From Lachnospiraceae bacterium UBA3401 (lineage in GTDB: Bacteria; Bacillota; Clostridia; Lachnospirales; Lachnospiraceae): a DNA stretch of 64,000 nt. Positions 30,288 through 38,527 of this stretch are shown here, one piece after another (position 1 is the stretch's first letter; every line of letters starts with the position of its first letter). A model generated the notes under the pieces. It had not been told where the DNA came from. It did no database searches and saw only the letters and a list, made by a program, of their open reading frames with translations. A program made the position numbers and the translations under genes. The stretch spans positions 14,487 through 78,486 of the forward strand of contig DEPD01000093.1 of NCBI GenBank assembly GCA_002358575.1. Reading direction: 5' to 3'.

Positions 30288-31535
30288 TTATGGGGCAGTA
30301 ATTCCTGCAGCCATTTGGTCAAGCTGTTCTTGCAAGTCTTTTCCGGACGGATTTCCAGCTAGCATCTCAGCAGAAAAAGTGCTGACTGGTTCCCAGAACT
30401 TTCCACCAATGCGCTGCAGGCAAGAAAATTCGGATTGCTCCAGCAGCGCTGCGATTGCAGGGGAGTCCTGCACTTCCTTTGAGGCGGCGGCATTGCGGTT
30501 AGAAGGTCCTTGACCACGCATTTGAAAACGCAGTTTTTGATTTTCCTCGTCAGCAATCCATTCAGCCAGTTTAGAAGCCCATTTTCTCTGTTTAGAGTAG
30601 GCGTTTACACCAATAAGCTTATAGCCAGAAAAAGAAGCCATTTGTACTTGCTGCCCAGCACAAGTATAAGAAGGAAGCTTTGCAGCGCCAAAGCTGCTGC
30701 CCCAAGTTTCTTCTACAGCAACAGCATTCCACACACCGTTGACGCCTGCAATAATTGTGCCATTTTGTACTCCTTCTAGGAAACCAGCATCATCCACACT
30801 GATAAAGCCAGGGTGCGCGGCAATCTCGATCATGGACTGTGCCACATCAATTCCCTTAATGTTTCCATCCATTGCATTCCAAGTACAGTAATTGGTGATG
30901 CCATCATCATTTAACCCAACAGTAAGTCCTGTGTTGCCAAACAAGGAATATACATACCATCCAGAGGACCAATCCATAGAAAATTGACAGTTGTGTTCAG
31001 CCGCAATCGCAAGGATCTGCTCTAATGATTGGATATCCTCATCTGAAAAATAATCTTTATTATAATATAGAAAGTATCCATTATCTGCTGTCAATGGCAG
31101 CGCGTACATAATATCGTTTACGGAGGCGGCGGCGACAGCTTCTGGCAGATTGACCTCTCTGACAGAAGCTGCATCCTCAATGGGCTCCAATGCGCCTGCT
31201 GCAACAAGCGTGTTCAGTTGGTCATCGGCAAAAGCAAACACATCTGCACCATTTTCTAAGTCTGCCATCAAGGCATCCATACAGTGGCTTTCGCTCTGTG
31301 GCTGATAGGTAATGTTAAAATTTGCCTGTCCGCGATAGGTTTCTTCAAATGCGCTGATTATCTGGTGAAGCAGTTCTTCATCTTCTGCCGCGCTCCAGAC
31401 AGTTAAGTCAACCGTGTCAGAAACTGGGGGCGAAACGGTCCGTTCTGTCTCAGAGACAAGGACTTTTTGCCGGCACCCAGTCAACAACATTGTTGACAGA
31501 AGGAACAACAGATAGGATTTGCGTTTTGTTTTCAT
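30288..31535 (-). CDS. Orphan extracellular solute-binding lipoprotein (family-1, sugar/MalE-like SBP)
   Basis: Track ORF 30288..31631. ATG at 31535 (MKTKRKSYLLFLLSTMLLTGC) has RBS GGAGAAG and a lipobox LLTGC. The body is typical of sugar SBPs (VWSAAEDEELL..., GADVFAFADDQLNTLVAAGAL). No permease or ATPase genes are adjacent. Confidence 0.85.
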   Translation of the reverse strand: MKTKRKSYLLFLLSTMLLTGCRQKVLVSETERTVSPPVSDTVDLTVWSAAEDEELLHQIISAFEETYRGQANFNITYQPQSESHCMDALMADLENGADVFAFADDQLNTLVAAGALEPIEDAASVREVNLPEAVAAASVNDIMYALPLTADNGYFLYYNKDYFSDEDIQSLEQILAIAAEHNCQFSMDWSSGWYVYSLFGNTGLTVGLNDDGITNYCTWNAMDGNIKGIDVAQSMIEIAAHPGFISVDDAGFLEGVQNGTIIAGVNGVWNAVAVEETWGSSFGAAKLPSYTCAGQQVQMASFSGYKLIGVNAYSKQRKWASKLAEWIADEENQKLRFQMRGQGPSNRNAAASKEVQDSPAIAALLEQSEFSCLQRIGGKFWEPVSTFSAEMLAGNPSGKDLQEQLDQMAAGITAP

Positions 31536-31595
31536 AATCTTCTCCATAAATAGTTTTTTGAAATTCAAGAATGCCAATGGCTTTCTTGCAAAGAT

Positions 31596-31624
31596 AGAAT
31601 AGCATTTTTTAAGGATTTTGGCAA
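31596..31624 (-). promoter_or_regulatory. Candidate promoter for the SBP-MCP-kinase unit
   Basis: On the minus strand: TTGCCA (31624-31619), 17-nt spacer, TGc-extended TATTCT (31601-31596). It lies inside the N-terminal extension of the track ORF, which supports the shorter SBP start. Confidence 0.4.
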
Positions 31625-31833
31625 TCTGCAATTCGCAAGCAAAATGGTGAGAATTGTTGTTTGAAATTATAATTTAGATTTGTAAAATTTCTATGAAGTT
31701 TATGGAAAAACAGGAAAAAATATTATAGAATAAACAAGGAAAAGTTTGGTAATTGGGATTTCAGAGAATAGGCTTTTGGAGTTAAGGTTGTGAGAGGACT
31801 TTAAAAGGCTATAAAGTAATGAGGAGGAATGAA

Positions 31834-34800
31834 ATGCAGTACAAGGGATTGAAACGAATCAAGAAAGTGGCCGCTGTAATATTGTCGGCAGCTTTGATTA
31901 CGACAGAACTGCCGCAGACAGGGATAGCTTATGCATCAGAAACGGATAGCTATGAGGCACAGACGACCGATGGACAGGAAGAATCCCCAACACAGCAAGA
32001 GGGGAATACGGCTGCGAACGAAAGAGAAGAGCATGAAGAAATAGAAGAAAGTACAGAAGAATCAGGAATAGAACAAGAGACAGAAAGTGTCGTGTCCACA
32101 GAGGTAGAGACAGAAAGCAGCACGGAGACAGCCAGTGCAGAAACAACAGAACTAGAGACAGAAAATACTACAGAGACAATGAGTGCAGATCCAACACAGA
32201 CAGAGACGGAAAGCAATACAGAGACAACAAGCGTAGGGACAACGGAAACAGAGACAGAAAGCAGCACGGAGACGACGAGTGTAGAGCCAACACAGACAGA
32301 GACAGAAAGTAGTACGGAGAGTGCTGGGGCAACGGAGACAGAGACGGAAAGTAACACAGAGACAACGGAGACAGAAACAGAAACGGATACGCTAGAGACG
32401 GAAGATAGCACGGAGACAGAGGGAACAGAAGATAGTACTGACTTAGAAACTACAGAGATTGAAACTCTTGAATTTGAAACGGAATCAGCAGAAAAACAAA
32501 CATCAGTTCCTGTTCCGGAAGTGGATGCGTCGGTACATATTTTTAAGACAAAAAACAATATAACATCATTCGATGTTGCATCGCCAAGAGCCTATGCGTC
32601 TGTACAGGACCCTGTGGAAATTTCATCGGGTCAATATATAATAGAAAACAGAGATCAATTTATGGGCTTCCTTTCAGGCAAGCTTGATTATGATGGCTGT
32701 ACAGTGACATTGGCTTGCAATATTGATCTGAAGTCAGAGACCGTATATTATAGCGGAAGGTTTGCTGGCACTTTTGATGGAAATGGGTATTCCATTCAAA
32801 ATATAAAAGTAGATCAAGGTCTGTTTCCAGCCATTCAGTCTGGGGCAGTCGTGAAAAATTTACATGTCAGCAATGCATCAATGACAGGGGAACGCTCTGC
32901 AGGGGTGATTGCCGGTCGCAATGATGGTTTAATTACGAAATGTGTGGTTACTGGAAATTTAGAAGCCACAAATAATATGGATTATACTGCCGGAATTGCA
33001 GGGGTAAACGAGGGAAATATTGAAAGCTGTGTTTTTGCAGGAAGAATTACAGCGGCGGCAAATACAGCGGATGCAGAAAAATATATTGGCGGTATTGCTG
33101 GCAGAAACAATGGGGTAATTCAACAGTGTTATGCGACAGGCAGCATTAGTACCAAGGCGGCGGTTGTTGCTGGAATTGCTGGAACAAACACTTCGCGAGA
33201 CTCCGACAGTATTAAGGACTGTGCTAATTATATGAGTATAGAAGGCGCATATATTGTAGCTGGTATTGTGGGTATGAATGAAGGTGAAGTTGCAGATTGT
33301 ACGAACTATGGAACAATTCGACAGAAAAACAATGCGCAGGAAACCGGTGAAGCGGGCGGTATTGTCGCACAGAATAAATTAGGAACGATTCGTGATTGTT
33401 ATAATTATGCAGCGATTAACGGAGAAGATAAAAATATTGGTGGTATTGCCGCAACAACATCAGGAACAATTACTAGATGTGGAAATACTGGTTCTGTAAC
33501 TGGTTTGGCAAATGTAGGTGGTATTGTAGGGTTGTACAATGGAAATCGAGAGTACAGTATCAGTGAATGTTTCAATCAAGGAAGCATAAACGGCAGCGGC
33601 AGAACCACAAAATCTGTGGGAATTGGTGGTATCTTAGGAAGTGCGGGGGAAGGTTATAGAGTACCGATTGAAAATTGTTATAATACAGGAAATATTCGTG
33701 TTGCAAAATCATCACAGTACCTTGGCGGCATTGCAGGAGTTATTTACAAAGGTTCCATATCAAATTGTTATAATGCAGGAAATGTGTCTGGCAATGAAAA
33801 TGATTATGCAGCAATGCTTGTGGGATTTATGGGCAGGGAGGAAGATACATTCTGTACAAGCTGCCTTTATGTCGGCGATGAACATACCATTGCGTTTTAC
33901 AGAGAAACTGGTGGGGTTTCAGACGCAGAGATGGCAAAGACGACTAGCGAACTAAGGTCACAAGATGCACTTTTGGTACTTGGAGGAAGTTTTTCGTCGG
34001 ACAGTGGCAGCGATATTAATGAAGGTTATCCTATATTCAATGAACAGACAGAACCAGAGTATCAATACCCTGTTGTTTATGAGTTAAATGGTGGCTGTTC
34101 AGAGAGTTCCTATTTTGAACTGGTAAAACAGGATAGTTCAGTGGATAAACCAGAAGATCCAACCAAGAAGTATGCGGAATTTGAAGGATGGTGTAGCGAT
34201 GCGGGATTAAATAGTTCTTACAGTTTTAGTAATTCGATCAAAGCGCCATTAATTTTGTATGCAAAATGGAAGAATGTCACAGTTGTAGAAGATATAGAAC
34301 TGCTCCAAACTACAATTGAGTTAATCAGAGGAGAGGAGTATCCTATAAAAGTGCGCTTTACTCCAGAGAAGGCAGAAAATAAAGAGATGGTGTGGACGTC
34401 AGACAATACCTCTGTTGTAACTGTTGATGAAAAAGGGGTAATTCGGGCTGAGGCACCAGGTCATGCAATAATCACAGGAACATTAAAGGATAACTCTTTG
34501 TCAAAAGAGTTGGAATTAAGTGTAACTGTCACGAATAAAGACACAATTATTCATATTAGGCGACTTGAAGATGGCACGGAACTAAAGGATATGGATATTG
34601 CGGTTAAAGAAACCATTACGCTTGAGGTGATAGCAAAAGGATTTTCAGAGAAAGCGGAAATTCAGTGGCCTGGAAACAGTGAGTATGTTAAGATTACGCC
34701 AAAGGTAAATACACTAGGCAATCCTAAGGTGGAAGTGATGGGGTTAAAGCCAACACCATCAGGAGGACCAGTAAAACTTTCATTTAAAGTGATTGATGGA

Positions 34801-37800
34801 GATGACATTTCTTCGGCAATTGTCAATATTACGGTTTTGCCTTTGGCAACAGGGGTAAAAGTAAAGCTTGGAGACGAGGATATCACAGAGAAAACTGCAA
34901 TTTATGATTTGGTGACAAAGAAATTTATTGCTGTTGGCACAAGAAAATTAAAAAAGCCTGTGGAAAAATTGAGTGCTATTGTATCGCCTAAAGATGCAAG
35001 CCAAAAGGTAATATGGGAATCTAGCAATACTTCAGTGATTCAATTTGAGGATAAAGAAAGCGGTGTTGTGAAAGGAAATGCCAGTGGGACGACAGAGATA
35101 ACAGCACTGACAAAAGATGGAAGCAGCAAGGCTGGAAAAACAACAATCAGAGCAAAGCGGATTGTACAATCTTTTGTGTTAGAACCAAAAGAAGTAGATG
35201 CGAAGACTCCTGTTGTAGTAGACTCGCAGGGCAGAGTGCTGCTGACAAGTGGATGCAGTGTGAGACTGGTTCCTAAATTTACGCCGACGGATGTGACTGA
35301 CGAGGGATTGTCGTGGGAAATGAGTCCCAAAGGTAGTCTTAATATTGATGCAGAGAAGAAGATTATTACTGCAAAAGACGTGCAAGGCGAAACAAAAGTG
35401 ACCTTAAAAGCAACTTCTATGGATGGCGGTGAAGCTTCTTATGAGATGGAGTTTATCATTATTCCCAAGGTAGAATCGATTGAAATCTATGATGCAAGGG
35501 ATATGAAGAAACCTGTTACTAACGAAATAATCGGTGTAAATATTGAGACGGATAAAAAAACATTTACACTTCGGGTAAAGAATAAGCCAGATGATGCATC
35601 TCAAGTCGTTTTATGGAAATCTACAAATCCAAAGGTAGCAGATGTGACAGACAATAAAGATGGAAGCTGTGTAGTGACTGTATATGAAAATGGAAAGACA
35701 GATGTTACTGCCACAGCGGCAGATGGAAGTGATGCAAAAGCATCTGTAACAATAAATGTTTCAGCACTTGTGTCTTCCATTACGATTAGCGGCAGCAATA
35801 AGGTTGTAAAAGGTGGAAGAATCAAGCTAAAAGCGGAAGTCTTTCCAAAATCAGCAGAGAATAAAGCGGTTTATTGGGTGTCTGATGATACTTCCATTGC
35901 GACAGTAGATAAAAATACAGGAGAGGTAGTGGGTGTCAAGAAAGGCTTCGTGGATATCACTGCGACTGCAGCAGATGGAGGGGGGATTTCTCAGACATTT
36001 GCGATAAGTGTTACAGAACCAGTAACAGATTTTGATATTATGATACCAGATGGAAATACCAATCTGGAAGATGATGTCATTGTTACGAATAAAATGGTAG
36101 GAATAGACCTTGATGCCGGAATGGAGACCTGCACATTGTCAGCAAGGATTCTTCCCAAGGAGGCAAGCCAGATTGTCACATGGAAATCCGGCAATGAAAA
36201 GATTGCTACGGTGGATGAAAAAGGTACAATTACAGCCAAATCTCTTGGCAGTGTAATTATTACAGCAACTACAACAGACGGCAGTAATAAAGTTGCAAAA
36301 ACGACAGTCAATGTCAATACACTTGTAAGAAGGGTTTCGATTACAGGAAGCCATTATGTCGGTTCAGGACAATCTATTCAATTGCATGTAGAAGTGACAG
36401 ATAAAGATGCGGCAAACAAAAATGTAGTTTGGACAAGCAGTGATAAAAATGTGGTGGTGGTAGATGACAGCGGCTATGTGACAGCGGTCAGCAGAACAGG
36501 AGAGGCAAAGATTCGGGCGGAAGCGGCAGACGGAAGCGGCAAATACGCAGAACATACTGTCTATGTAATGGGTAAGAGCGATACAATAGAGATCACGGAC
36601 TTTAATGGTAGTTATATAAGTTCTGGTAAAAATTCTGAGATTGATATGCAGGATATCAAAAACAACCGCAGAGTAACTTTTACGGCACAACTAAGTGGTG
36701 GATCGAGTCAACAGGGCGATTATCGCAAAGAAGTAGAGTGGATAACCTCTAATAAAGCCATTGCAGAAGTTTATTCGATTCAGAATAATTACAGTTATAG
36801 CGAGGTGGTTATCCAGATTAAAAAAGAAGGAAGGGTAACGATCACAGCAAGGACAACTGACGGATCTAACAAAGAAGACTCCTATACATTGACTGTGACG
36901 GATACCGATCCCAATGTAACAATTATCGGACCAAAGCAGGTGGCAAATGGGAAAAAAATACAGCTTTCCACAGAAGGCGGGGTGGCTGTGACATGGTTCT
37001 CTTCAGATAGGTCGCTTGCAACAGTGGATGCCAAAGGAAAGGTAACTGCAAAAAAGAATGTAGAAGGAACAGTTGCGATTACAGCGACTTCAATCAAAGG
37101 AAGCGAGAAAACAGATATTTATTATATTAACGTATGCCCAGCGGTTACCAGTGTAGATATCTTGGCAAATGGGCAATCCTTGAAAGATAGAGGTAATAAA
37201 CTGGGTGTGGATTTAATAAAAGGATATTCTTTAGATGATGGCAGGACATGGAATCCCGATATTAAGTTTTCTGCATCGGTTACTGGTGCTGATGACGTAG
37301 TGACATGGAAATCCAGTAAAACGGCTGTTGCTACGGTGGATGAAAATGGCAAAGTTGAGATTAAGAAAAATGGTACAGCAGTCATTACTGCGACTGCGAC
37401 AGACGGCAGCGGCAAAAATGCAAAAGTTACACTGACAATCACAAAACAAATAACAAAGATAGAACCGGCAGATGGTGTGCAGGATATTTATGTTGGTTAT
37501 AAAAAATCTGTTCAGTTAAAACTGGCATTTAAACCGTTGGCAGCGACAACAAAAAAAGTGACTTGGGAGAGTGATGATAAAAGTCTGGTATCTGTCAATA
37601 AAAGTGGTAAGGTTACAGTAAAGAAACCATTTGGCGGTGGAGATTATGATACAAGTAATGATGATAATGTGATTGTCAGGGCAAAAGCGGCGGATGGCGG
37701 CGCAGCAGTCTGTGAGTTTCGGATTCATTTTGTGGCGCCTGCAACAAAAGTACAAATTTTAGAGAAAAAAGATAATATCGATCTGGGTTATGCGTCAATT

Positions 37801-38382
37801 GTCGGTATCGATATTGATACGAATGATGCAAAGATTGCACTGAAAGCCAATGTTGAAAGCACCAGCAGATATGAAAATTATGGTGTTACCAAGCAGGTAA
37901 CATGGAAATCCAGCAATCCCAATATTGCGGAAGTGACGCCCAATTATGATGGAACCTGTACTGTGACTGGGCACAGTAACGGGAAAGTTACAATTACTGC
38001 GACCGCAGCGGACGGAAGTAAGAAATCAGGCAAGGTTACTTTATATGTAGGAAAAATGATTAAGCGCATTAACACGACGAGAGATATCCAAGGATTAACG
38101 GACAATGAAGGTCGAGAGATTATAACTTTGTATGTAAAGAGTATTAGGAATAAAAAAACCTTGCAGCTCTCAGACAAATTGATTATCAATCCAAGTAACG
38201 CTACCAACAAAAAACTTACCTACAAGAGCAGTAATCCTAAGCTGGTATCCGTAAGCGCTTCTGGAAAACTTACCGCGAAAAAGAAAGAGAAAGGAATGGC
38301 GAATAATTATGTGACTATTACGATAACAACCAACGATGGCTCTAGGATTGAGAAGGAAATTGTTGTTCGCGTATTGCAATAA
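31834..38382 (+). CDS. Giant secreted surface protein: signal peptide, acidic Thr/Glu/Ser repeat stalk, GLUG-motif region, Listeria-Bacteroides (Flg_new) repeat, about 14 Big_2 Ig-like domains
   Basis: Track ORF 31819..38382 (2187 aa). ATG 31834 lies 6 nt after GAGGAGG. Signal KKVAAVILSAALITTELPQTGIAYA. GIAG/GGIAG/GGIVG motifs. YPVVYELNGG...FEGWCSDAGLN...LYAKW. Recurrent Big_2 patterns (VTWKSSNPxIATVDxxGxVTAxxxGTxxITATAxDGS). It ends ...VVRVLQ with no LPXTG, TM or wall-binding repeat. Confidence 0.9.
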   Translation: MQYKGLKRIKKVAAVILSAALITTELPQTGIAYASETDSYEAQTTDGQEESPTQQEGNTAANEREEHEEIEESTEESGIEQETESVVSTEVETESSTETASAETTELETENTTETMSADPTQTETESNTETTSVGTTETETESSTETTSVEPTQTETESSTESAGATETETESNTETTETETETDTLETEDSTETEGTEDSTDLETTEIETLEFETESAEKQTSVPVPEVDASVHIFKTKNNITSFDVASPRAYASVQDPVEISSGQYIIENRDQFMGFLSGKLDYDGCTVTLACNIDLKSETVYYSGRFAGTFDGNGYSIQNIKVDQGLFPAIQSGAVVKNLHVSNASMTGERSAGVIAGRNDGLITKCVVTGNLEATNNMDYTAGIAGVNEGNIESCVFAGRITAAANTADAEKYIGGIAGRNNGVIQQCYATGSISTKAAVVAGIAGTNTSRDSDSIKDCANYMSIEGAYIVAGIVGMNEGEVADCTNYGTIRQKNNAQETGEAGGIVAQNKLGTIRDCYNYAAINGEDKNIGGIAATTSGTITRCGNTGSVTGLANVGGIVGLYNGNREYSISECFNQGSINGSGRTTKSVGIGGILGSAGEGYRVPIENCYNTGNIRVAKSSQYLGGIAGVIYKGSISNCYNAGNVSGNENDYAAMLVGFMGREEDTFCTSCLYVGDEHTIAFYRETGGVSDAEMAKTTSELRSQDALLVLGGSFSSDSGSDINEGYPIFNEQTEPEYQYPVVYELNGGCSESSYFELVKQDSSVDKPEDPTKKYAEFEGWCSDAGLNSSYSFSNSIKAPLILYAKWKNVTVVEDIELLQTTIELIRGEEYPIKVRFTPEKAENKEMVWTSDNTSVVTVDEKGVIRAEAPGHAIITGTLKDNSLSKELELSVTVTNKDTIIHIRRLEDGTELKDMDIAVKETITLEVIAKGFSEKAEIQWPGNSEYVKITPKVNTLGNPKVEVMGLKPTPSGGPVKLSFKVIDGDDISSAIVNITVLPLATGVKVKLGDEDITEKTAIYDLVTKKFIAVGTRKLKKPVEKLSAIVSPKDASQKVIWESSNTSVIQFEDKESGVVKGNASGTTEITALTKDGSSKAGKTTIRAKRIVQSFVLEPKEVDAKTPVVVDSQGRVLLTSGCSVRLVPKFTPTDVTDEGLSWEMSPKGSLNIDAEKKIITAKDVQGETKVTLKATSMDGGEASYEMEFIIIPKVESIEIYDARDMKKPVTNEIIGVNIETDKKTFTLRVKNKPDDASQVVLWKSTNPKVADVTDNKDGSCVVTVYENGKTDVTATAADGSDAKASVTINVSALVSSITISGSNKVVKGGRIKLKAEVFPKSAENKAVYWVSDDTSIATVDKNTGEVVGVKKGFVDITATAADGGGISQTFAISVTEPVTDFDIMIPDGNTNLEDDVIVTNKMVGIDLDAGMETCTLSARILPKEASQIVTWKSGNEKIATVDEKGTITAKSLGSVIITATTTDGSNKVAKTTVNVNTLVRRVSITGSHYVGSGQSIQLHVEVTDKDAANKNVVWTSSDKNVVVVDDSGYVTAVSRTGEAKIRAEAADGSGKYAEHTVYVMGKSDTIEITDFNGSYISSGKNSEIDMQDIKNNRRVTFTAQLSGGSSQQGDYRKEVEWITSNKAIAEVYSIQNNYSYSEVVIQIKKEGRVTITARTTDGSNKEDSYTLTVTDTDPNVTIIGPKQVANGKKIQLSTEGGVAVTWFSSDRSLATVDAKGKVTAKKNVEGTVAITATSIKGSEKTDIYYINVCPAVTSVDILANGQSLKDRGNKLGVDLIKGYSLDDGRTWNPDIKFSASVTGADDVVTWKSSKTAVATVDENGKVEIKKNGTAVITATATDGSGKNAKVTLTITKQITKIEPADGVQDIYVGYKKSVQLKLAFKPLAATTKKVTWESDDKSLVSVNKSGKVTVKKPFGGGDYDTSNDDNVIVRAKAADGGAAVCEFRIHFVAPATKVQILEKKDNIDLGYASIVGIDIDTNDAKIALKANVESTSRYENYGVTKQVTWKSSNPNIAEVTPNYDGTCTVTGHSNGKVTITATAADGSKKSGKVTLYVGKMIKRINTTRDIQGLTDNEGREIITLYVKSIRNKKTLQLSDKLIINPSNATNKKLTYKSSNPKLVSVSASGKLTAKKKEKGMANNYVTITITTNDGSRIEKEIVVRVLQ
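32107..32394 (+). repeat. About six tandem 48-bp (16-codon) in-frame repeats
   Basis: Units start at 32107, 32155, 32203, 32251, 32299 and 32347. They encode ETESSTETASAETTEL / ETENTTETMSADPTQT / ETESNTETTSVGTTET / ETESSTETTSVEPTQT / ETESSTESAGATETET / ESNTETTETETETDTL. Confidence 0.85.
34270..38379 (+). repeat. Array of about 14 divergent Big_2 Ig-like domain repeats (about 85-105 aa each)
   Basis: Domain boundaries were read from the recurring pattern: V/I-x-S-I-x-I at the start, then V-x-W-x-S-S-N/D-x-x-V/I-A-x-V-D, then G-x-x-x-I-T-A-T-A-x-D-G-S-x-K. Confidence 0.75.
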
Positions 38383-38401
38383 AGAACGGAAACAAAGTCT
38401 G

Positions 38402-38438
38402 AAACAGTGTATTCCTGTATGGAATACACTGTTTTTTT
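38402..38438 (+). terminator. Strong rho-independent terminator after the giant Big_2 gene
   Basis: Perfect 14-bp stem AAACAGTGTATTCC (38402-38415) / GGAATACACTGTTT (38421-38434), loop TGTAT, followed by a T run to 38438. Confidence 0.85.
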
Positions 38439-38448
38439 CTACATATAC

Positions 38449-38477
38449 TAGGAATTAGCATAAAAATATGGTATTAT
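38449..38477 (+). promoter_or_regulatory. Candidate extended -10 promoter for glycan block C
   Basis: TG (38469-38470) n TATTAT (38472-38477). A weak -35 TAGGAA (38449-38454) sits at 17-nt spacing, directly after the terminator and 50 nt before the asnB paralog. Confidence 0.35.
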
Positions 38478-38527
38478 CTCTACATGGAAATTTTTAGCAA
38501 CCGTTCCGAAATGAGGTTAGAACAGAT

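Noticed and set aside
31536-31631. N-terminal extension of the SBP ORF (MQIAKILKKCYSIFARKPLAFLNFKKLFMEKI...).
   Set aside because: The internal ATG at 31535 has a proper RBS and starts a textbook lipoprotein signal. A promoter-like element lies inside the extension.
32107-32394. Regularly spaced repeats that could be mistaken for a CRISPR array.
   Set aside because: The units are contiguous 48-bp in-frame coding repeats with no unique spacers, no cas genes and no leader.
31950-32558. 202-aa antisense ORF made of VSVSV/SVLLSVS repeats.
   Set aside because: It is the mirror image of the GAG/ACA-rich 48-bp coding repeats on the plus strand. Such repeats lack stop codons on the opposite strand by composition alone.
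15465-38527. Possibility that the 23-kb central block is a classical mobile genomic island.
   Set aside because: I could find no integrase, transposase, recombinase, tRNA target or flanking direct repeats. Only the split-locus arrangement is reported as a finding.
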